From NCBI GenBank assembly GCA_050239825.1, contig JBFXGO010000043.1, forward strand, positions 1 through 17,910: 17,910 nucleotides of DNA, written 5' to 3'. Under the pieces are notes generated by a model that saw only the letters and a program-made list of their open reading frames with translations, did no database searches and was not told the origin of the DNA. Position numbers and translations under genes: made by a program. Source of the stretch: a bacterium (GTDB lineage Bacteria > Hydrothermota > 32-111). Of the stretch, positions 15,607 through 17,910 are shown in pieces (the first letter of the stretch is position 1; every line of letters starts with the position of its first letter).

Positions 15607-17077
15607 TTAAGACCTCTTTTTTTGACTTTGAAATGTTTTCAAGGAATTGGGATGCTGTCGGGCTCTCGGAAATTGAGTTGAAGCCGGAGTAAAAATGGAC
15701 AAAGACTCCCAAAGCAGATGCAGTCATAGGAGAGTAGCCCTGAGAGAGAAACCCGCCTATTATTCCTGCAAGAATATCTCCGGAGCCGGCAGTTGCCAGC
15801 TTTTCGCTCATATTCGGAAATATCATCGTGGTTTTTGAATCGGTTATTACAGTGGGAGGCGATTTGAGAACCACCAGAGTTTCAAATTCCTTGGAAAATT
15901 CTTCGGTTGCCTGTATCTTTTCTTTGATGTTTGAAAATCTTTTTCCGGAAAGCCTATAAAACTCCTCAGGATGAGGTGTGATAATTGTGTTGCAAAGGTA
16001 TGCTTTTTTATCTTTTCGGGATAGTTTTGAAATCATATTCAGAGCATCTGCATCATACAAAACAATTCCACCGCTTCTCTTCTTGTTAATCTCTTCAAGA
16101 ATCTTGAATGATTCCGGCTTTGTTGCCATACCGCATCCGACAATCCACACATCGGATTTTTTAAGGGCATCCGATAATCTTCCGGAAAATACTATTTCAG
16201 GAAAAAATCTTTTTTTTGCAGATGAAATCATGTATGTATAGACAATTCCGGCACCGGTCTTAAGAGCCGCCTCAGAGGCAAGCTGAATTGAACCTTCCAT
16301 GCCGTCGCTTCCTCCTATAAAGGAGGCTTTTCCCCTCTCTGTCTTGTGAACCCATCTCTCTTTTTTATTCTTCTCGGAGTCTGCCATGAGAGAGAGAAAA
16401 TCTTTTTCCACTATTATGAAATTTTTGACTTTGAAAATAATATTTCTCGGTATGGAAATGTCGGCAATCAGAAGCTCTTTGGATTTTTTAGCGGCATTTT
16501 TCCAAAGGAGCCCCGTCTTTACTGCTCCAAATGTGACAGTCATGTCAGAAGAGATGCAGTCAGTATCAAACTCTCCGGTGTCAGAATCAATCCCCGAAGG
16601 AATATCAAGAGAGATCACTCTCTTTTTTGAAGAGTTTACGGCTTTGAAATATCTTCTCATGACGGGGTTGAGCTCCCCTCTGTATCCGATGCCGTAAATT
16701 GCATCAACGATGATATCCGCGTAAGAGAGAATATTTTTGAATAGAGCGGGAGATGGATTTTCAATTATATCAATTTCCATCTTTTTCAGAATTCTGTAAT
16801 TTAAGGATGTTTCATTTGAGAATCTCTTCTTCTTCCCAAGAAGCACAACTCTCGTCTCTACTCCTCTGTTGAACAGATGTCTGGCGGCCGCAAATCCGTC
16901 GCCTCCGTTGTTCCCGTCTCCGCATATTACAACAGAGGATGAAAAACTCCATTTGGATGATAGAGCGTTGACAGAAGCCGCTGCGGCATTCTCCATAAGA
17001 ATCATCGGCGGAATCATGCATCTCTTTACTGCAAGAGAATCAAGAATCCGCATGTCAGAACCGTATAAAGCAAACAT
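15599..17077 (-). CDS. nnr: Bifunctional NAD(P)H-hydrate epimerase/dehydratase (NnrE-NnrD)
   Basis: LMENAA, CGDGNNGGDG, DAIYGIG, SLDIPSG (YjeF_N); HK..RG, GAG, DADALN, ITPH, LATAGSGDILAGII (carbohydrate-kinase-like domain). Confidence 0.95.
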   Translation of the reverse strand: MFALYGSDMRILDSLAVKRCMIPPMILMENAAAASVNALSSKWSFSSSVVICGDGNNGGDGFAAARHLFNRGVETRVVLLGKKKRFSNETSLNYRILKKMEIDIIENPSPALFKNILSYADIIVDAIYGIGYRGELNPVMRRYFKAVNSSKKRVISLDIPSGIDSDTGEFDTDCISSDMTVTFGAVKTGLLWKNAAKKSKELLIADISIPRNIIFKVKNFIIVEKDFLSLMADSEKNKKERWVHKTERGKASFIGGSDGMEGSIQLASEAALKTGAGIVYTYMISSAKKRFFPEIVFSGRLSDALKKSDVWIVGCGMATKPESFKILEEINKKRSGGIVLYDADALNMISKLSRKDKKAYLCNTIITPHPEEFYRLSGKRFSNIKEKIQATEEFSKEFETLVVLKSPPTVITDSKTTMIFPNMSEKLATAGSGDILAGIIGGFLSQGYSPMTASALGVFVHFYSGFNSISESPTASQFLENISKSKKEVLNA

Positions 17078-17084
17078 AATAATA

Positions 17085-17112
17085 ATATTATATACTGCTT
17101 TGAAATAGTCAA
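17085..17112 (-). promoter_or_regulatory. Putative promoter of the nnr operon (leaderless geometry)
   Basis: TTGACT (17112-17107), 16-nt spacer, TAATAT (17090-17085), 7 nt, then ATG 17077; no SD. Confidence 0.5.
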
Positions 17113-17125
17113 GAGATAAGAAAAT

Positions 17126-17151
17126 AAAAAAGGGCGGTTTAAAACCGCCCT
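17126..17151 (-). terminator. Intrinsic terminator on the minus strand
   Basis: AGGGCGGTTT-A-AAACCGCCCT inverted repeat with an A6 run on its left, read as a U tract on the minus strand. Confidence 0.85.
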
Positions 17152-17158
17152 GAAAAGG

Positions 17159-17266
17159 TCAGATGAAAAATTCGATGCCGGCATTAAGAGATAGCCGGTT
17201 ATTGGCAAAATAAAAGTCAACCGCTAATTTGATAGTTTTTCTTTGAATGAGAGTTGATTTTAAACC
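17159..17266 (-). pseudogene. Orphan 3' fragment of a probable outer-membrane protein gene
   Basis: Start-less 35-aa frame GLKSTLIQRKTIKLAVDFYFANNRLSLNAGIEFFI* ending 7 nt before a terminator; terminal amphipathic beta-strand pattern. Confidence 0.45.
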
Positions 17267-17308
17267 TCACTTATTTAATTATTTGTGAGGTTTTATCAAT
17301 TCAAACAT

Positions 17309-17783
17309 GACAAAGCGGAGAGTGCCTTATTAAAGGAGAAGGAACAGCAGTTGGAGGAGACGCTTAAAAAACTCCTTTTGCAAGAATGCGGTTAAAGAGG
17401 CATTGTGCATTTATGGAAAGCCTGAAGTATTTAATACAGATCAGGGGTCTCAGTATACGTCGAATGACTTTACAAAGATACTTGAAGATAAGAAGATAAA
17501 GATAAGCATGGACGGCAAAGTTCATGCTGTGGATAATATCTTCATAGAGCGGTTGTGGAGAACAGTTAAATATGAGCATGTTTACATCTTGAGGTTTGAT
17601 ACGATTAAGGAGCTTAGAGAAGGACTAAAAGATTACTTTGATTACTATAACAATAAAAGAGAGCATCAATCATTAGGATACAAAACTCCATCTGAAGTTT
17701 ATGGAGGTATTACAAATGCTCAAACAGCTTAACAATAAACACAATTTATCAAAATCTTGTGTCTTGACAAGAGAGCCATTATC
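17309..17783 (+). mobile_element. Degenerate IS3-family insertion sequence remnant
   Basis: OrfA-like tail (DKAESALLKEKEQQLEETLKKL), C-terminal half of OrfB, then an IR-like TGTCTTGACAAGAGAGCC at ~17760. The boundaries are approximate. Confidence 0.75.
17370..17732 (+). pseudogene. Truncated IS3 OrfB transposase (rve integrase core, C-terminal half)
   Basis: NSFCKNAVKEALCIYGKPEVFNTDQGSQYTS...SMDGKVHAVDNIFIERLWRTVKYE...YYNNKREHQSLGYKTPSEVY; the first DDE aspartate and the N-terminus are missing. Confidence 0.88.
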
Positions 17784-17792
17784 TTATATAAT
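17764..17792 (+). promoter_or_regulatory. Consensus sigma70 promoter spanning the IS end
   Basis: TTGACA 17764-17769, 17-nt spacer, TATAAT 17787-17792, upstream of ATG 17814. Confidence 0.65.
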
Positions 17793-17813
17793 TTTCTTAG
17801 TAAGGGAAAATTT

Positions 17814-17910
17814 ATGAAAAAGGTTTTGTGGGAATTGTTGATTGTTTTATTAAGCACTTGGTTATTTTCAGATGACTTGCAGGATACAATTACTCTTGAC
17901 TCTATTGCAA
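17814..17910 (+). CDS. Start of a secreted hypothetical protein (runs off the window)
   Basis: MKKVLWELLIVLLSTWLFS-DDLQDTITLDSIA, a signal-peptide-like start; AAGGG SD-like sequence upstream. Confidence 0.6.
   Translation, partial: MKKVLWELLIVLLSTWLFSDDLQDTITLDSIA

Noticed and set aside
2258..17108. Other short ORFs overlapping the called genes (e.g. 2258-2611, 3734-4141, 4784-5155, 8331-8687, 10035-10325, 16346-16697)
   Set aside because: They overlap well-supported genes, mostly antisense, and have no recognisable motifs.
17026..17220. 64-aa minus-strand ORF
   Set aside because: Runs through a terminator and the nnr promoter; another frame explains the region better.
17528..17536. Perfect DnaA box TGTGGATAA
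   Set aside because: Isolated, and explained by transposase codons A-V-D-N.
1..17910. CRISPR array, tRNA/rRNA, reverse transcriptase/DGR or defence genes
   Set aside because: No repeat-spacer periodicity, cloverleaf or rRNA motifs, RT motifs or template/variable repeat pair was seen by eye; weak signals could have been missed.

Overview
Low-GC (~38% by eye) chromosomal window from a diderm bacterium. The gene style suggests an uncultured WOR-3/TA06-like lineage, but this is an unverified impression. From left to right: a 3'-truncated long-chain fatty-acid CoA ligase (missed by the ORF track), cupin, STAS/SEC14-like and Dabb genes on the minus strand; a Cys-rich OmpA-family protein; a 260-bp intergenic region with six DnaA-box-like 9-mers; a 61-aa Xis/BldC-like HTH gene leading a complete pilMNOPQ operon; a convergent single-domain response regulator; a YjbH-like barrel/PEGA/TPR protein; a CCA-type tRNA nucleotidyltransferase whose catalytic DxD reads NLD; a coupled minus-strand operon (nnr, beta-propeller protein, DUF4015 glycoside hydrolase, CPBP protease); a decayed junction holding an orphan gene tail and a deleted IS3 remnant; and the start of a secreted-protein gene. 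The best candidate for an undescribed system is 4124-4569. There, DnaA boxes and 10-bp-phased direct repeats overlap the promoter of the HTH-pilMNOPQ operon, suggesting an oriC not adjacent to dnaA and/or replication-linked control of type IV pili by a Xis/BldC-like regulator. All calls come from motif reading by eye; no database searches were run.
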